The notes: generated from the letters alone by a model not told the origin. DNA of 64,000 nucleotides from Terriglobia bacterium (GCA_965218585.1 CBDCLE010000022.1:1-64000); one strand, 5' to 3'. Numbered from the stretch's first letter, positions 28,879 through 39,593 are shown. Numbers and translations are program-made.

Positions 28879-29780
28879 TCCGGCTCTCCGCCCCCATCCG
28901 CAGACTGATCGTCCATCATCTGTTCGAGGGTCTGGACATACTCGGGGTAGAGGGTCTCGGCCCCGCCCTGAGTCGCTTCGTACGGGATGCCGAATCGGTC
29001 AGCAAACTCAGTGTGGTGGGTCCCCATCGGAAAATTCGGGACGTAGCCCGCCTCGCGCCCCACCACCTCATCTACGATCTCCATGACGCTGGGAGGACCC
29101 ATCACGCGTGCAGGGTTCCAGATGAAAGTCGTTGTCCGCACGAACGATTCTTCCAGATAGATGGGATCCTCGACCATCGTGAAATTCAAAAGGACCTCGC
29201 CGTGCCGCACTATGTACTCGGTCATTGTTGAGTGCACGCTGACCGGCGCCCCGTTGCGTTGGATAAAAGCGGCTTTCATGTGGGTCGTCGTGACCTTGAG
29301 CGTCTGCCCCAGCCACTCGCCCGTGGAGAAGCCGTCCCAGGTATGCAGCGCGTGGTCGGATGGGTGTGGACGTCCATCCATCCAGATTGTCCGGTCCGCA
29401 TTACCGAACAGTCCCGTGATCCGGTAGGCGAGGACCCGATACGTGTTCGGGTCGACGATCTCGTCGAAGCGCAGATTCGCCGGACCTCGCATCGAGTACT
29501 GTGCCGGATGTGGACGCGCTTGCTGTTCGGGCTGCGAGAGGATCGAGGCATCCCACGATCGTGCCTTCAGCCTTGCGGCCTCGTTCACGGGGAGCCCTGT
29601 GTAGTCCCCCAGCTCGGGGCCCGGTATGCGGTGAATGAAGTCTTCGTGACGGGACGCACTCCAATTACCCGACAGATCGAACTGGGCGGCGGTCGGCATG
29701 GGACAGAGCAGTGCCAGGGTGACTACCAGGAGTCGGGTCAGCAAGCTTGCATGATTCATGAGGCATTTCCTTCGATTCAT
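28875..29780 (-). CDS. Secreted uncharacterised protein, related to the 712-2016 family
   Basis: Signal peptide, DLSGNW, RTIWMDGRPHP, TWDGFSTGEWLGQTL and EDPIYL motifs. Confidence 0.7.
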   Translation of the reverse strand: MNRRKCLMNHASLLTRLLVVTLALLCPMPTAAQFDLSGNWSASRHEDFIHRIPGPELGDYTGLPVNEAARLKARSWDASILSQPEQQARPHPAQYSMRGPANLRFDEIVDPNTYRVLAYRITGLFGNADRTIWMDGRPHPSDHALHTWDGFSTGEWLGQTLKVTTTHMKAAFIQRNGAPVSVHSTMTEYIVRHGEVLLNFTMVEDPIYLEESFVRTTTFIWNPARVMGPPSVMEIVDEVVGREAGYVPNFPMGTHHTEFADRFGIPYEATQGGAETLYPEYVQTLEQMMDDQSADGGGEPE

Positions 29781-29885
29781 AAGACGGATTATCGCACGGA
29801 CGGTGTCGACGACATCAACGACAAGGCAATCAAAATTCTAAATCGCGAAAAAAGAGAACGAGTTGGAACTACCTGTTGGGCTGGA

Positions 29886-30284
29886 TCATGTTTCACGTTG
29901 GTCCAAGGCGAGCAGCATCGACCCGCTGTCGATATAAACTTCGAAACGCGACAGTTTGTGATCTGCAATCTCCCAGACATGCACGAAGCGAATATCAAAA
30001 CTCTTTCCGGACGAGTTTGCTGTTCCGTGGGTCCTGCCGATCGCAACAACGTTGTTCCCCGTCTCCACATACTCCTCAACTTCCGCAACAGGTGTGATCG
30101 CCTCGATCAGCTTCCTTGAAAACTCCATGAACCCTCCGACACCTGTAAAGGATCCCCGCCAGGGAACGTCGGCCAGCTGAACAATCGAGATCTTCCCGTG
30201 AAGCAGCAGTGCGGCAGCTTCAATATCCTTCTTGTTCAGAGCTTTGTAGAATTCTGCAACGAGATCGGAATTCGAAGTGTTCAT
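29886..30284 (-). CDS. SnoaL/NTF2-like protein
   Basis: FYKALNKKD, VPWRGSFTG and FVHVWEI motifs. Confidence 0.8.
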   Translation of the reverse strand: MNTSNSDLVAEFYKALNKKDIEAAALLLHGKISIVQLADVPWRGSFTGVGGFMEFSRKLIEAITPVAEVEEYVETGNNVVAIGRTHGTANSSGKSFDIRFVHVWEIADHKLSRFEVYIDSGSMLLALDQRET

Positions 30285-30364
30285 AACTGCGTCCTGTCCA
30301 TTTAACTGGGGCAACCGGTTCCGGGCCACCAACACAGGTTCACCTTGGGTTCGTCTATCGATCT

Positions 30365-31540
30365 TCAGGGGTTCTCGACAAATCCCCCCGGGGGAAGTCC
30401 GCTGGGCACTCTAGCCGGGATCGACCGGTCAAAATCGGGGTCGGTCAGCGCTCCGAGAAAGGCGATGATGCTGGCCATCTCTCGTTCGTTCATGTCATCC
30501 ACGCGGCGGAAGCTGCGAGAGAGGCGGGGTAGGCCGTCTCGCTGTTGCCGCCGTCGGCCGGCGTTGGATACGTTCGGGTTTTCGGAACGGCCATTGTCAT
30601 AAAAGCGCAACACATCCCGAAGAGTCTCCAGTGTGCCGTTATGCATGTATGGCGCCGTAAGGGCAACGTTGCGGAGCGTCGGCGTCCGGAAACGGAACCG
30701 GCCGGCGCCCGCATCCGCCGACTCCAGCAGCGGATGCTCGGCGACGCCTTCAGCGTGCAGATCGAAGTCGGAGAACATCACCCCGTCATGACACCGGTCG
30801 CAACCCGCATCGTCGAACTCTTCCATGCCTCTAAGCTGCTCCTCGCTCAGCGCATCCCTGTCTCCACCTCGGAAACGGTCGAATGGGCTGTTCATGGCGG
30901 TGAGCGTCCGTTCGAATGCCGCGATCGCTTCGCCAAGGCGCAACGACGTGACCGAGGTGCCTCGGCCGAACGCGCGCTCAAACAAAGCGACATACTCCGG
31001 GATTGCCTCGATCCTGGCCACCACCCGGTCGAGCGCCTCATCTTCCGGATAGGCCCTGCCGCGCATCTCTTCAAAGGACTTGATCGGCTCGAGAGCCTGC
31101 AGCTCCAGGCTGCGCACGCGGTTATCCCAGAACATCGGAGCGTTTTCCTGATTGACCGAAGCGACGGTACCGTCAAACGCTTCCCGCCTGCGCCGATTGT
31201 CGTCTAACCCGTTAAAGCCCACATTGAGGATCGTGTGGGCGTTCCGCTTGACCACCGGAATCACCCCGCCCGTTATGTCGGTCCGCGCTGGTCCCAGTCC
31301 CACTGAGCCGACACCGAGGGACAGTGCACGGCCGTCGGCATAGGCAAATTCGGGGTGGTGGCAGGTCGCGCAGGCGATGTCACGGTTGCCCGACAGGATC
31401 GGGTCCCAGAACAGGAGCCGTCCAAGTTCCTCGGTGGCCGTCCGTGTGGGAGACTGCGCCCAGACAGGAGGGACCGTCTGGATCGCAACGACGCCCAGGA
31501 TGGTGATCACGAAACCCAAGAGAATAATCTGGACTTTCAT
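30365..31540 (-). CDS. Di-heme cytochrome c peroxidase / MauG-family protein
   Basis: LGRLLFWD, CATCH, FWDNR, CDRCH and FRTPTLRNVALTAPYMHNG; signal peptide. Confidence 0.9.
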   Translation of the reverse strand: MKVQIILLGFVITILGVVAIQTVPPVWAQSPTRTATEELGRLLFWDPILSGNRDIACATCHHPEFAYADGRALSLGVGSVGLGPARTDITGGVIPVVKRNAHTILNVGFNGLDDNRRRREAFDGTVASVNQENAPMFWDNRVRSLELQALEPIKSFEEMRGRAYPEDEALDRVVARIEAIPEYVALFERAFGRGTSVTSLRLGEAIAAFERTLTAMNSPFDRFRGGDRDALSEEQLRGMEEFDDAGCDRCHDGVMFSDFDLHAEGVAEHPLLESADAGAGRFRFRTPTLRNVALTAPYMHNGTLETLRDVLRFYDNGRSENPNVSNAGRRRQQRDGLPRLSRSFRRVDDMNEREMASIIAFLGALTDPDFDRSIPARVPSGLPPGGFVENP

Positions 31541-31690
31541 CGCCTGCTCCTTTCCGCCTCTGGATATCTGCGCAGTCTAGCAAAACGGATGGATACGACA
31601 GCAAAGAACTCTCAACTCTCACTTTTCCGAGTCGGCACACAGCACAGGAGTTAGAAGCAATCCAGCCCAGACCTAAGGAAAACACGTTGG

Positions 31691-31754
31691 GGGACGCCTT
31701 GCTGAGACTTAAATGGGGGACAGTGAGCAATTAAGGGACGCCCCGCTGAGACTT
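31691..31754. repeat. 20-bp direct repeat x2 (18/20 identical) around a 24-bp spacer
   Basis: gggacgccttgctgagactt (31691-31710) and gggacgccccgctgagactt (31735-31754). Confidence 0.7.
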
Positions 31755-31834
31755 GACTTGCCTGTGAGATCCCTCTGTAGTTGAATCTACTCATATTTCG
31801 TTTCAGGACGCGGTACTCACCAAGGAGGCGAGAC

Positions 31835-32209
31835 ATGGGAACGGCTCTCTGGATCGTGCAAGGGCTGCTTGCCGTTGCATTCTTAGGCGCCGGGCTAATG
31901 AAGCTGATAAAGAGCCAAGAGGCTGCGAAAGCTCGGATGGCATGGGTTGATGACTTTCCAGGCGGGTTTTTCAAGTTTATCGGCGCTTCAGAGGTGGCTG
32001 GTGCCTTAGGGATGGTTCTTCCTGGAGTCACCGGGATCGCACCGATTCTGACGCCGGTGGCCGCAACTGGCCTGGTAATAGTCATGCTTGGCGCTGTTGT
32101 TACCCATATTCGTCACTCTGAGACGCCGATGTCAGTGCCACCTTTGATCCTTGGTGTTCTTGCTGCGTTTGTTGCCTACGGTCGCTTTGTGGCTGTGCCG
32201 TTTTCCTAG
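31835..32209 (+). CDS. DoxX-family membrane protein
   Basis: WIVQGLLA...AGLMK, IGASEVAGALG and GAVVTH motifs; AGGAGG RBS. Confidence 0.88.
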   Translation: MGTALWIVQGLLAVAFLGAGLMKLIKSQEAAKARMAWVDDFPGGFFKFIGASEVAGALGMVLPGVTGIAPILTPVAATGLVIVMLGAVVTHIRHSETPMSVPPLILGVLAAFVAYGRFVAVPFS

Positions 32210-32284
32210 TCATACGACTCGTTGTTGGCCTGACACCCCTGTGAAGTGGAGTCTCTCCATTTCAGATCAACGAAACGCGCTGAT

Positions 32285-33370
32285 TCAATTCTCGTTTTTG
32301 ACGTACTTCGTCACGCCCCTCAGTTGGGCTTCTGCCGTGTAGATATTGCCCGTGGGATCGATCGCAATGCCTTCTCCCATTGCACCATTCGGAGAATCCG
32401 TTGGGTGTGCCGGAATGAACCCGGTCACCTTCCCGTCCTGGAGGCTGCCGATCCGGATCCCCCTCCGCCAGCCTGGGTGGACCGCTTCCCTCGACTCGGA
32501 GTCGGCCGTGTAGATAACGTCGTTGCTGTCGATGGCCAGCCCGCTGACGCGCCCGAATTCGGCGTATTCACGGATGAACCTACCGTTCTTGGTCAGTATC
32601 TGGATGCGGTGGTTATGGCGATCAGCGACGATGAGCCGGCCCTGGGAATCGAACTCGACCGCATGTGGCGTCCGGAACTCTCCCGGCCCCGTGCCGCTTC
32701 TGCCGATCACTCTGAGGAAGTTCCCGTCTCTGTCGAAGACGGAGATGCGCCCAATCAGATTGGGATCGGTTACATTCGTGTGGCTCTCCGCCACGTACAC
32801 GTCACCGTTTTCCGGGTCCGTCACCAGATCGGTCGGGTCCGTCAGAGCTTCGGGAGGGTCTCCACGCACGCCCAGGGTCCCGAGCGTCATGAGGACTCTG
32901 CCTTCGGGACTGAACTTGACGACGACACTTCCCTTTCCGTCCACGGCTCGTGCGTCGGCGACCCACACACTTCCGTCTCGATCGACATGGATGCCATGCG
33001 GCCAGACGAACATCCCGCCGCCAAAGCTCCGGATCTCATTCCCGGACTCATCGAAATGGTGGACCGGGTTCCCGGGGCTGTCGACACAGCCCGGGGTGGT
33101 TCCGGGTGAGCATCTGTCGACGGCCCACACGGACCTCCCATCGGGGTCGATGGCGACGCCGTTGGAGCCGCCCCACCCTCTTGCCTCTAAATCGAGCTGT
33201 GCCCAGTCCCGGATGACGCGGTAGGGATTGGTGCCGCTGTTGATGGGCTGAATCCTGTCCGTCTCAGTCGTGCCTCCGCGCTGTTGCGTGTAAGCACTTG
33301 TTGCCAGCAGGGCCCCGACGGCAGCGATCACCATCATCGGCCAGAACCTCACGAAACCTGAAGTGCTCAT
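32285..33370 (-). CDS. Secreted NHL-repeat protein (peptidyl-alpha-hydroxyglycine lyase-like)
   Basis: FVWPHGIHVD, PTDLVTD, GEFRTPHA and ADRHNHRIQ motifs; signal peptide. Confidence 0.85.
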   Translation of the reverse strand: MSTSGFVRFWPMMVIAAVGALLATSAYTQQRGGTTETDRIQPINSGTNPYRVIRDWAQLDLEARGWGGSNGVAIDPDGRSVWAVDRCSPGTTPGCVDSPGNPVHHFDESGNEIRSFGGGMFVWPHGIHVDRDGSVWVADARAVDGKGSVVVKFSPEGRVLMTLGTLGVRGDPPEALTDPTDLVTDPENGDVYVAESHTNVTDPNLIGRISVFDRDGNFLRVIGRSGTGPGEFRTPHAVEFDSQGRLIVADRHNHRIQILTKNGRFIREYAEFGRVSGLAIDSNDVIYTADSESREAVHPGWRRGIRIGSLQDGKVTGFIPAHPTDSPNGAMGEGIAIDPTGNIYTAEAQLRGVTKYVKNEN

Positions 33371-33666
33371 GTCGATGCTCCTTCTCAGGTTTTGGTCTGT
33401 ACTTGCGGAAAATCGCGAAAAACTCGGTAAAGAATACTAAGGGAGGGGTTTCGAAGCAATCAGAAGGTCAATGTCCGGATTCTTGCCGATCTCGAGGTCG
33501 GGGAAGATGATCTAACAGGGATTGAGAATGGATTTGGGGCTGCACCTACACTCTCACGCCAGTCCGGTCCCACCGATCCCTGGACGCTCCAGAAGCAAGT
33601 TCAGGCACGGGACAGTGAGATCCGCCATCTTCACTTAACAATCAAGTAGAGTTAGCCCAGACTTGC

Positions 33667-33687
33667 TCCCGGAGGAGTCCACTGGGA
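33667..33687. promoter_or_regulatory. Imperfect palindrome abutting the padR start (candidate PadR operator)
   Basis: tcccggaggagtccactggga matches its reverse complement at 16 of 21 positions. Confidence 0.45.
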
Positions 33688-34037
33688 TGTCTGGTAAAGA
33701 CATGGGCCGTGTCGAGCTGCTGCAGGGCACGCTCGACCTGATCGTGCTGCGGGCGCTGGCCACGATGGGGCCCCTGCACGCCTACGGGATTGCCGCGCGG
33801 CTCGAACAGGTGTCGGAGCACCCGTTCACGTTGAACCAGGGCACGCTCTATCCGGCGCTCGTCCGGCTCGAGCAGAAGGGCTGGATCAAGGGCACGTGGC
33901 AGAAGACCGAGCACAACCGCGATGCCAAGTACTACGGAATCACCAGGGCGGGCCGCCGGGCACTGGGCCGGGAGACCGAGCGCTGGCGGCGGCTGGCGGG
34001 ACTCGTCGAGAAATTGCTCGGGGATCTAGAGGCATGA
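33687..34037 (+). CDS. PadR-family transcriptional regulator (acidobacterial type)
   Basis: LLQGTLDL, HAYGIA, QGTLYPAL and NRDAKYY; overlaps the ADOP start (ATGA). Confidence 0.92.
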   Translation: MSGKDMGRVELLQGTLDLIVLRALATMGPLHAYGIAARLEQVSEHPFTLNQGTLYPALVRLEQKGWIKGTWQKTEHNRDAKYYGITRAGRRALGRETERWRRLAGLVEKLLGDLEA

Positions 34038-36744
34038 GACGACTGCTGCACCGGCTCGTCGCGAGCGTCCGACATCAGAGCGCCGATCGGGAACTCACGC
34101 GCGAAATGGCCGCGCATCTGGTACTTCTTGAGGACGAGTATCGCCGCCGGGGAATGACGCCGGAGGAGGCACAGTACGCGGCGCGGCGGGCGATGGGCGG
34201 CATCGAGCAGGCCAAAGAGCACCAGCGCGACGCGCGCGCGTTCCGCTGGCTGGACGATCTCCGGCGCGACGCGCGCGACGCCATGCGCTCTTTCGGCAGA
34301 AACCCCGGTTTCACCGCTGTGCTCGTCCTCACTCTCGGGCTGGGGATCGGGGCAACGGCGACAGTCTTCAGTATGCTGGACGTACTCCTGCTCGAGCCCC
34401 TTCCGTACCCGGAGCACGAGCGCCTCGGTCTTGTCTTCGAGCGGAGGCCGTCCGACGGTGTCGAGCGCGACCGCTTCGCCATACGCGAATACCAGGAACT
34501 CATGGCTACGCAGGAGAGCTTCGACCTGACAGCGCTTTTCACCAACGAGGGCAGGACCTTGACCGGTGAGCTGGCGGCCGAGAGGGTCGGTGTGATTCGT
34601 ACTTCGTCGACGCTGTTCGCTCAACTCGGAGCGGTCCCCGTTCACGGGCGGCTCCTCATCGACGTTGACGACGGGCCCGGGGCACCGACCCGGGCGGTGC
34701 TCGGCCATGGACTCTGGCGGCGACGCTTCGGAGCAGACCCCACGGTCGTTGGAAGCTCCATCACCCTCGACGGCCAGCCGATTCGCGTGGTAGGCGTCCT
34801 TTCCTCCGACTTCCCGGCGGCCGCCATGCGCCAGTGGGCCGGAGCGGGAGACGTTTTTCTCAATCTCTCCCACGAATTCCCCGAGAGCGGGGTCCACACT
34901 GTCGTCGTGAGGAGGGCGCCGGGAGTGTCCTGGGATCAGGCTCAGGCAGATCTGGGCCGAATTGCGACGTGATGGGGGCACGGAGAGGCCAGGAGATCCT
35001 GATCGAGGCCTTCGCACTCAGGGACGAGGTCTCCGGGGCGGCCCGTCCGGCACTGTTCGTGATGTTTGGCGCGGCGGCCATCCTGCTCCTCATCACGTGC
35101 GCCAACGCGGCCACCCTTCTTCTGTCGAGGGCTTCCGACCGGGAACAGGAGATGGCGTTGCTCTCGGCGCTGGGTGCGAGCCGCCCGCAATTCCTCCGTA
35201 GGGCCGTCGTCGAGCAGTTCTTCATCGCCGTGTTGGGGGCCGCGGCGGCGGTGGGGGTGGCTTCTGCTCGTTCCACGTGGCCCTGCGAGGGCTTGTCCCC
35301 GAGGTGGGCTTGATCGGCGACCGGTACAACATGGGCACGTGGCAGACTGTGCCCTTGCTTCGCAACGTGGAGATCGATGCCCGGGTCCTGGCGTTCACGG
35401 GTCTCGTCACGCTCGTTTCGAGCTTCCTCTTCGGACTGGCTCCAGCCATCCGGGCCTCCCGAGCGAACCCCAGCGCCCTACTGAAGGGCAACGGAGCGGT
35501 CCCCTATTCGCTTCCCGTGAGCCGGTGGCGCCCCACGGTCCGGGACGGCCCTGGACGGTCGGGCAAGTGGCCCTCGCATTCATCCTGCTCATCGGGGCAG
35601 GGCTCATGGTTCGCAGCTTCCTCACCGCTCGGGGGACCGATCTCGGGTTCTCACCCGAGAACCGCTTGAGCCTGTACGTGAACCCGGCGGGCGAGCGCTA
35701 TGAGAGTCGACGGGCACGGGCGGAGTTCTACGACGAGGTGCTGGAAGGGGTGGAAAGGGTGCCAGGGGTCGAGGCCGCCGCGGTGGTCGACGGGCTGCCC
35801 CTGACCGGAGGCGTAGGCTGGGTCCGCGTCGTGCCCGAGGGGCGGGAGTTCGAGGGGCGGACGGTCACCTATCGGAGCGCGCCGACCTCCCTCACGCGCC
35901 ACGTCAGCTACGGGTACTTCGAGACCATGGGGATTCCCCTTTTGGCGGGTCGGCTCCCTGACGAGAGGGACCGCGGGGACGCTCCGCGGGGTCGTCGTCG
36001 TGGACGAGCGCCTCGCAAACCGTCTGTGGCCCGGGGAGGATCCGGTGGGGAAGCGTCTGTTCGGGGTCTTCGGAGAAAGGTGCGACGGGGGGTGCTCGAT
36101 TGGCGAAGTGGTCGGTGTCGTTGGGCCTGTTCGCTACGAGGCCACTGGAGGCGGACCCATGGATGACCTTTTACGACTTGGTGCCCCAGGTGGGTGACGG
36201 CGGTCACGGCGTCTACGTCGTGGCGCGAACCACCTCCGATCCACGTACGGTGACCGCGGCCGTTCGCCGAGAGATCCAGTCCGTGGACCCCGATCAGCCG
36301 TTGATCGACGTCCAGACGATGGAAGAGCGCTTGACCGACACGTTGGTCGTACGTCGACTGTCTGCCTTGGTGCTCGAGACGTTTGCCCTTCTCGCTCTGT
36401 CCCTGGCCCTCGTCGGCCTCTACGGGACGATTTCCTACGGCGTGAGTCGGGCTCGCCACTCAATGGCGATCCGGGTCGCACTGGGAGCTCGGAAGAGGGA
36501 TGTGCGAGGGCTCGTGCTTCGGAAAACGCTGCTCATGACCGGCATGGGCCTCGGGCTCGGATTCGTGGGATCGCTGGTCCTCAGCAGGCTGCTGGAGGCG
36601 GTCCTCTATGGCGTGACTCCGACGGACCCCGCGACCTACATCATTCTCGCCCTCGTCCTCCTGGGAACCGGCTTCCTGGCCGCTGTGGGGCCGGCACGAC
36701 GGGCTGCGACGGTGGATCCGGTAAGGCACCTACGGACCACCTGA
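34034..36744 (+). pseudogene. ADOP-type duplicated MacB/FtsX ABC permease, multiply frameshifted
   Basis: RNPGFT...LGIGA, LLITCAN, FGLAPA, QVALAFILLIGAGL, YFETMGIPL and IRVALGA are spread over six frame segments. Shifts near 34965, 35270, 35550, 35990 and 36160. Confidence 0.85.
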
Positions 36745-36851
36745 CGAGCACAGCGCATGACGGCATTGTCAACCGAGAGGTCCGAAAGCGACCAACAAGG
36801 AACAATGGTATCTGGCTTCTAAGGACCGTTTACGTGAAAAGGAGCATCATC

Positions 36852-37244
36852 ATGACCAAGAGTATGTTGGCTTCGATTGCTCTTGCCGTTATTGTGTCGG
36901 GATCGGCATGGGCGCACCACAGTATGTCGGCAGTCTTCGACTTCAGCCAGCGATTCACACGGACCGGTACGCTTACCGAGCTCGACTGGAGGAATCCGCA
37001 CATCTCCTTGTTCGTCGACGCGGAGAGCGATCAGGGGCTGGTGGAAACGTGGTCGTTCGAGGGACCGACTCCCACCTTCTTCCGAAAATCCGACAACGTT
37101 GACAAGAGCGATTTCGAGAACGCCATCGGCAAAACTGTGACGGTGGAAGCCAGCCGCGCCAGGAACGGCTCTCTCTCCGGGCTTATTCGGATGATTACCC
37201 TGCCAGAGGGCACGGTTGTGTCGTTGTGTCCGCAAAACTGTTGA
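36852..37244 (+). CDS. Secreted DUF6152-like protein
   Basis: SAWA|HHSMSAVFD, WRNPH and WSFEG motifs; AAGGAG RBS. Confidence 0.8.
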   Translation: MTKSMLASIALAVIVSGSAWAHHSMSAVFDFSQRFTRTGTLTELDWRNPHISLFVDAESDQGLVETWSFEGPTPTFFRKSDNVDKSDFENAIGKTVTVEASRARNGSLSGLIRMITLPEGTVVSLCPQNC

Positions 37245-37291
37245 AGTTTGAACAATCAGTGCGGCTGCCGACCCCGCAAGGAGGGTTCCAC

Positions 37292-39220
37292 GTGAAGATT
37301 ACTTATCCGGTTGCGATCGTGATCACGGGGGCCGCCCTGTCTGCTGCCCTGCTGATGAATCCGGTGCCCGCCATCGGTCAGGTACCGACCGCTGTCAACG
37401 CCGCCAACGAGGAGGCCAGTGCCGCCAGGGCCAGACGAATCGCCCAACAGTTTGAGGCCGACGCTCGAGTACTCACCGTGTTCGACCGCCAAGGGAAGGT
37501 CGTGACCACAGTCGGGGAGCGCGCGATTTACGAGGATACTGTTTTCTCCCCGGACCGGACACGGCTGGCGGTGATCAAGAACGACCTGGAGAGCGAAACC
37601 ATAGACCTCTGGGTTCTCGACATTGCGACAGGGAGCAGCACACGCATCACGTCCAATGAAACGCGGGAGCAGGAGTGGGTGTCCTCGCCGGTCTGGTCTC
37701 CGGACGGCAGTCAGCTGGCGTATGTGGCATCGCGCGGCAGTTACTTCGGTTTGTATCGACAAGCTTCGAATGGCGAAGGTGAAGAAGAACTCCTCTACGA
37801 GCACCCTGGCGGGAGGATTTTCCTCACCGACTGGTCGCTGGATGGACGTTTCCTGGGCTTCACCTTGCCGGACATTCTTGGAGGAACCCTGTACGCGCTG
37901 CAGATCAGTGGCGATGGGGAGCGCACCCCCATCGTGGTCTCTCGCAGTGACTCTTCTTTGTTTGGTTCGAGCTTTTCTCCCGATGCCCGCTTCCTGTCCT
38001 TCGAGTCGAATGAGTCCGGCAGAAATGAATTCTACGTCCGGGGGTTCGACCCATCGGCGGGCGCGGGCGCCCGGTCGGGGGCCGGGCCCTGGCAGGTGTC
38101 CGACGAGGGTGCCCGCTGGGCCACAGTTTCAGGATGGCGCCGGGACGGCAGGGAAATCTACTTTGTGGCCGCCGATGGCAGCGTGATGGCGGTCGAGGTC
38201 AGCACCGGTCCCGCGTTCGAATTCGGAACGCCGACGGTGCTGTTCCGCCTGTCCGAAGCGGTGCCCGTCAATCCTGGGAGCGTCAACGTCAGCCGCGACG
38301 GGGAGCGCATCGTCATCGCCGTGCCACACGCCCCGACCCTCCAGCAGATCACCGTGTTCGATCGACAGGGAACCGTGCTGCAGCGGGTGGGCGAACCGGG
38401 TCGTTACCGCAACCCGGCACTGTCGCCGGACGGAACAAAAGTGGCCGTGTCGCGGAGAGTTCGAGAGACGAACAGACTGAACATCTGGACGTTCGACGTC
38501 GCCTCGGGGACGGGAACGCCGGTCACGAATGATAACTCCCCGGAAAATGACCCGGTCTGGTCTCCGGACGGCAGTCATGTGGCGTATCAGTCGAGGCGCG
38601 GGATCTTCAGCAGCATCTATCGAAAAGCCTGGGACGGAACCGGCGATGAGGAGCAGTTGTTTCAGTACACGCCAGGCGCATTCTTGCAGCCGGCGGATTG
38701 GTCGGCGGACGGAAGATTCCTGACCTTCCATGACGGCTGCTGGGGCGTCTTGTATGTATTGCCCCTCAGCGGAGACGAGGAGGCCCTCGAGCGGGAAGCG
38801 ATTGAGTGGCTCCGCGACGAGTACCTCGTGGCCCAGGCCCGGTTTTCTCCCGATTCCCGCTTCATCGCGTATCTGTCGGATGAGATCGAGGCCGAGATAT
38901 TTCAGGTCTATGTAGGCCCGTTTGATGCCAGTAAGCCCGATGGTGGCAGGGAAAACGCAACACCGGTACAGGTTTCAGACGCGGGCGCCCTGGGCATGAT
39001 TTTTTGGCGGCAGGACGGCAAGGAACTCTACTACCTCACTCCCGATTGGGAGGTGATGGCGGTGGACGTTGCCACGACTCCCACGTTTCAGGCCGGGACG
39101 CCCAGGCTGCTTTTCAAGTTACCCGGGCCGTTGCTCGGGAGTCCCACACAGTGGAAGAACGTCAGCCCGGACGGTCAGCGTTTCGTGTTTGCGATCAATG
39201 TGCCCGTGAACGTCCACTGA
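37292..39220 (+). CDS. Secreted TolB/PD40-like beta-propeller protein with an internal duplication
   Basis: Repeated PVWSPDG, DWSxDGRF and FSPDxRF. The two halves both begin TVFDRQG; AAGGAGG RBS. Confidence 0.8.
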   Translation: MKITYPVAIVITGAALSAALLMNPVPAIGQVPTAVNAANEEASAARARRIAQQFEADARVLTVFDRQGKVVTTVGERAIYEDTVFSPDRTRLAVIKNDLESETIDLWVLDIATGSSTRITSNETREQEWVSSPVWSPDGSQLAYVASRGSYFGLYRQASNGEGEEELLYEHPGGRIFLTDWSLDGRFLGFTLPDILGGTLYALQISGDGERTPIVVSRSDSSLFGSSFSPDARFLSFESNESGRNEFYVRGFDPSAGAGARSGAGPWQVSDEGARWATVSGWRRDGREIYFVAADGSVMAVEVSTGPAFEFGTPTVLFRLSEAVPVNPGSVNVSRDGERIVIAVPHAPTLQQITVFDRQGTVLQRVGEPGRYRNPALSPDGTKVAVSRRVRETNRLNIWTFDVASGTGTPVTNDNSPENDPVWSPDGSHVAYQSRRGIFSSIYRKAWDGTGDEEQLFQYTPGAFLQPADWSADGRFLTFHDGCWGVLYVLPLSGDEEALEREAIEWLRDEYLVAQARFSPDSRFIAYLSDEIEAEIFQVYVGPFDASKPDGGRENATPVQVSDAGALGMIFWRQDGKELYYLTPDWEVMAVDVATTPTFQAGTPRLLFKLPGPLLGSPTQWKNVSPDGQRFVFAINVPVNVH

Positions 39221-39485
39221 CCGTTGACTGCCGAGACGCGGAGTGAGCCGATCTCGTAATGTCCGAGTTGGGTGCCTGATTCCATGTTCAACGTGTGCAG
39301 TTAACGACGCCGTGTAAATAGGCTAAACGATACAAGAGGTGAGGGTTATTGGCAGAAAAGGGTCAAGTCCTGAGAAACGATGCCAGATCAACCGGTCGAT
39401 CGAACACCTGCGTACGAAAGAGATTTCGAATGAAAGGTCCCCTATTACCTTGGGTTCCAGGGCTTCCACATCAATCGATAGACCA

Positions 39486-39514
39486 TTGACCCAATTGGCG
39501 AAACTGCCTATTCT
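39486..39514 (+). promoter_or_regulatory. Putative sigma70 promoter for the bacilliredoxin gene
   Basis: TTGACC-N17-TATTCT, about 80 bp upstream of the ATG. Confidence 0.5.
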
Positions 39515-39593
39515 TCTGAGGTAGCCCCAGTGGCGATCCGCTGTTGCGGGCTCGGAAGGTACTCAGGCAAATACCTTAAGAGGAGACTTAGGC

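Noticed and set aside
31691-31754. Mini-CRISPR (repeat-spacer-repeat)
   Set aside because: Only two short imperfect repeats, a 24-bp spacer and no cas genes.
34970-34972. Selenocysteine TGA in the ADOP permease
   Set aside because: Homology continues in a different frame, so this is a frameshift rather than readthrough.
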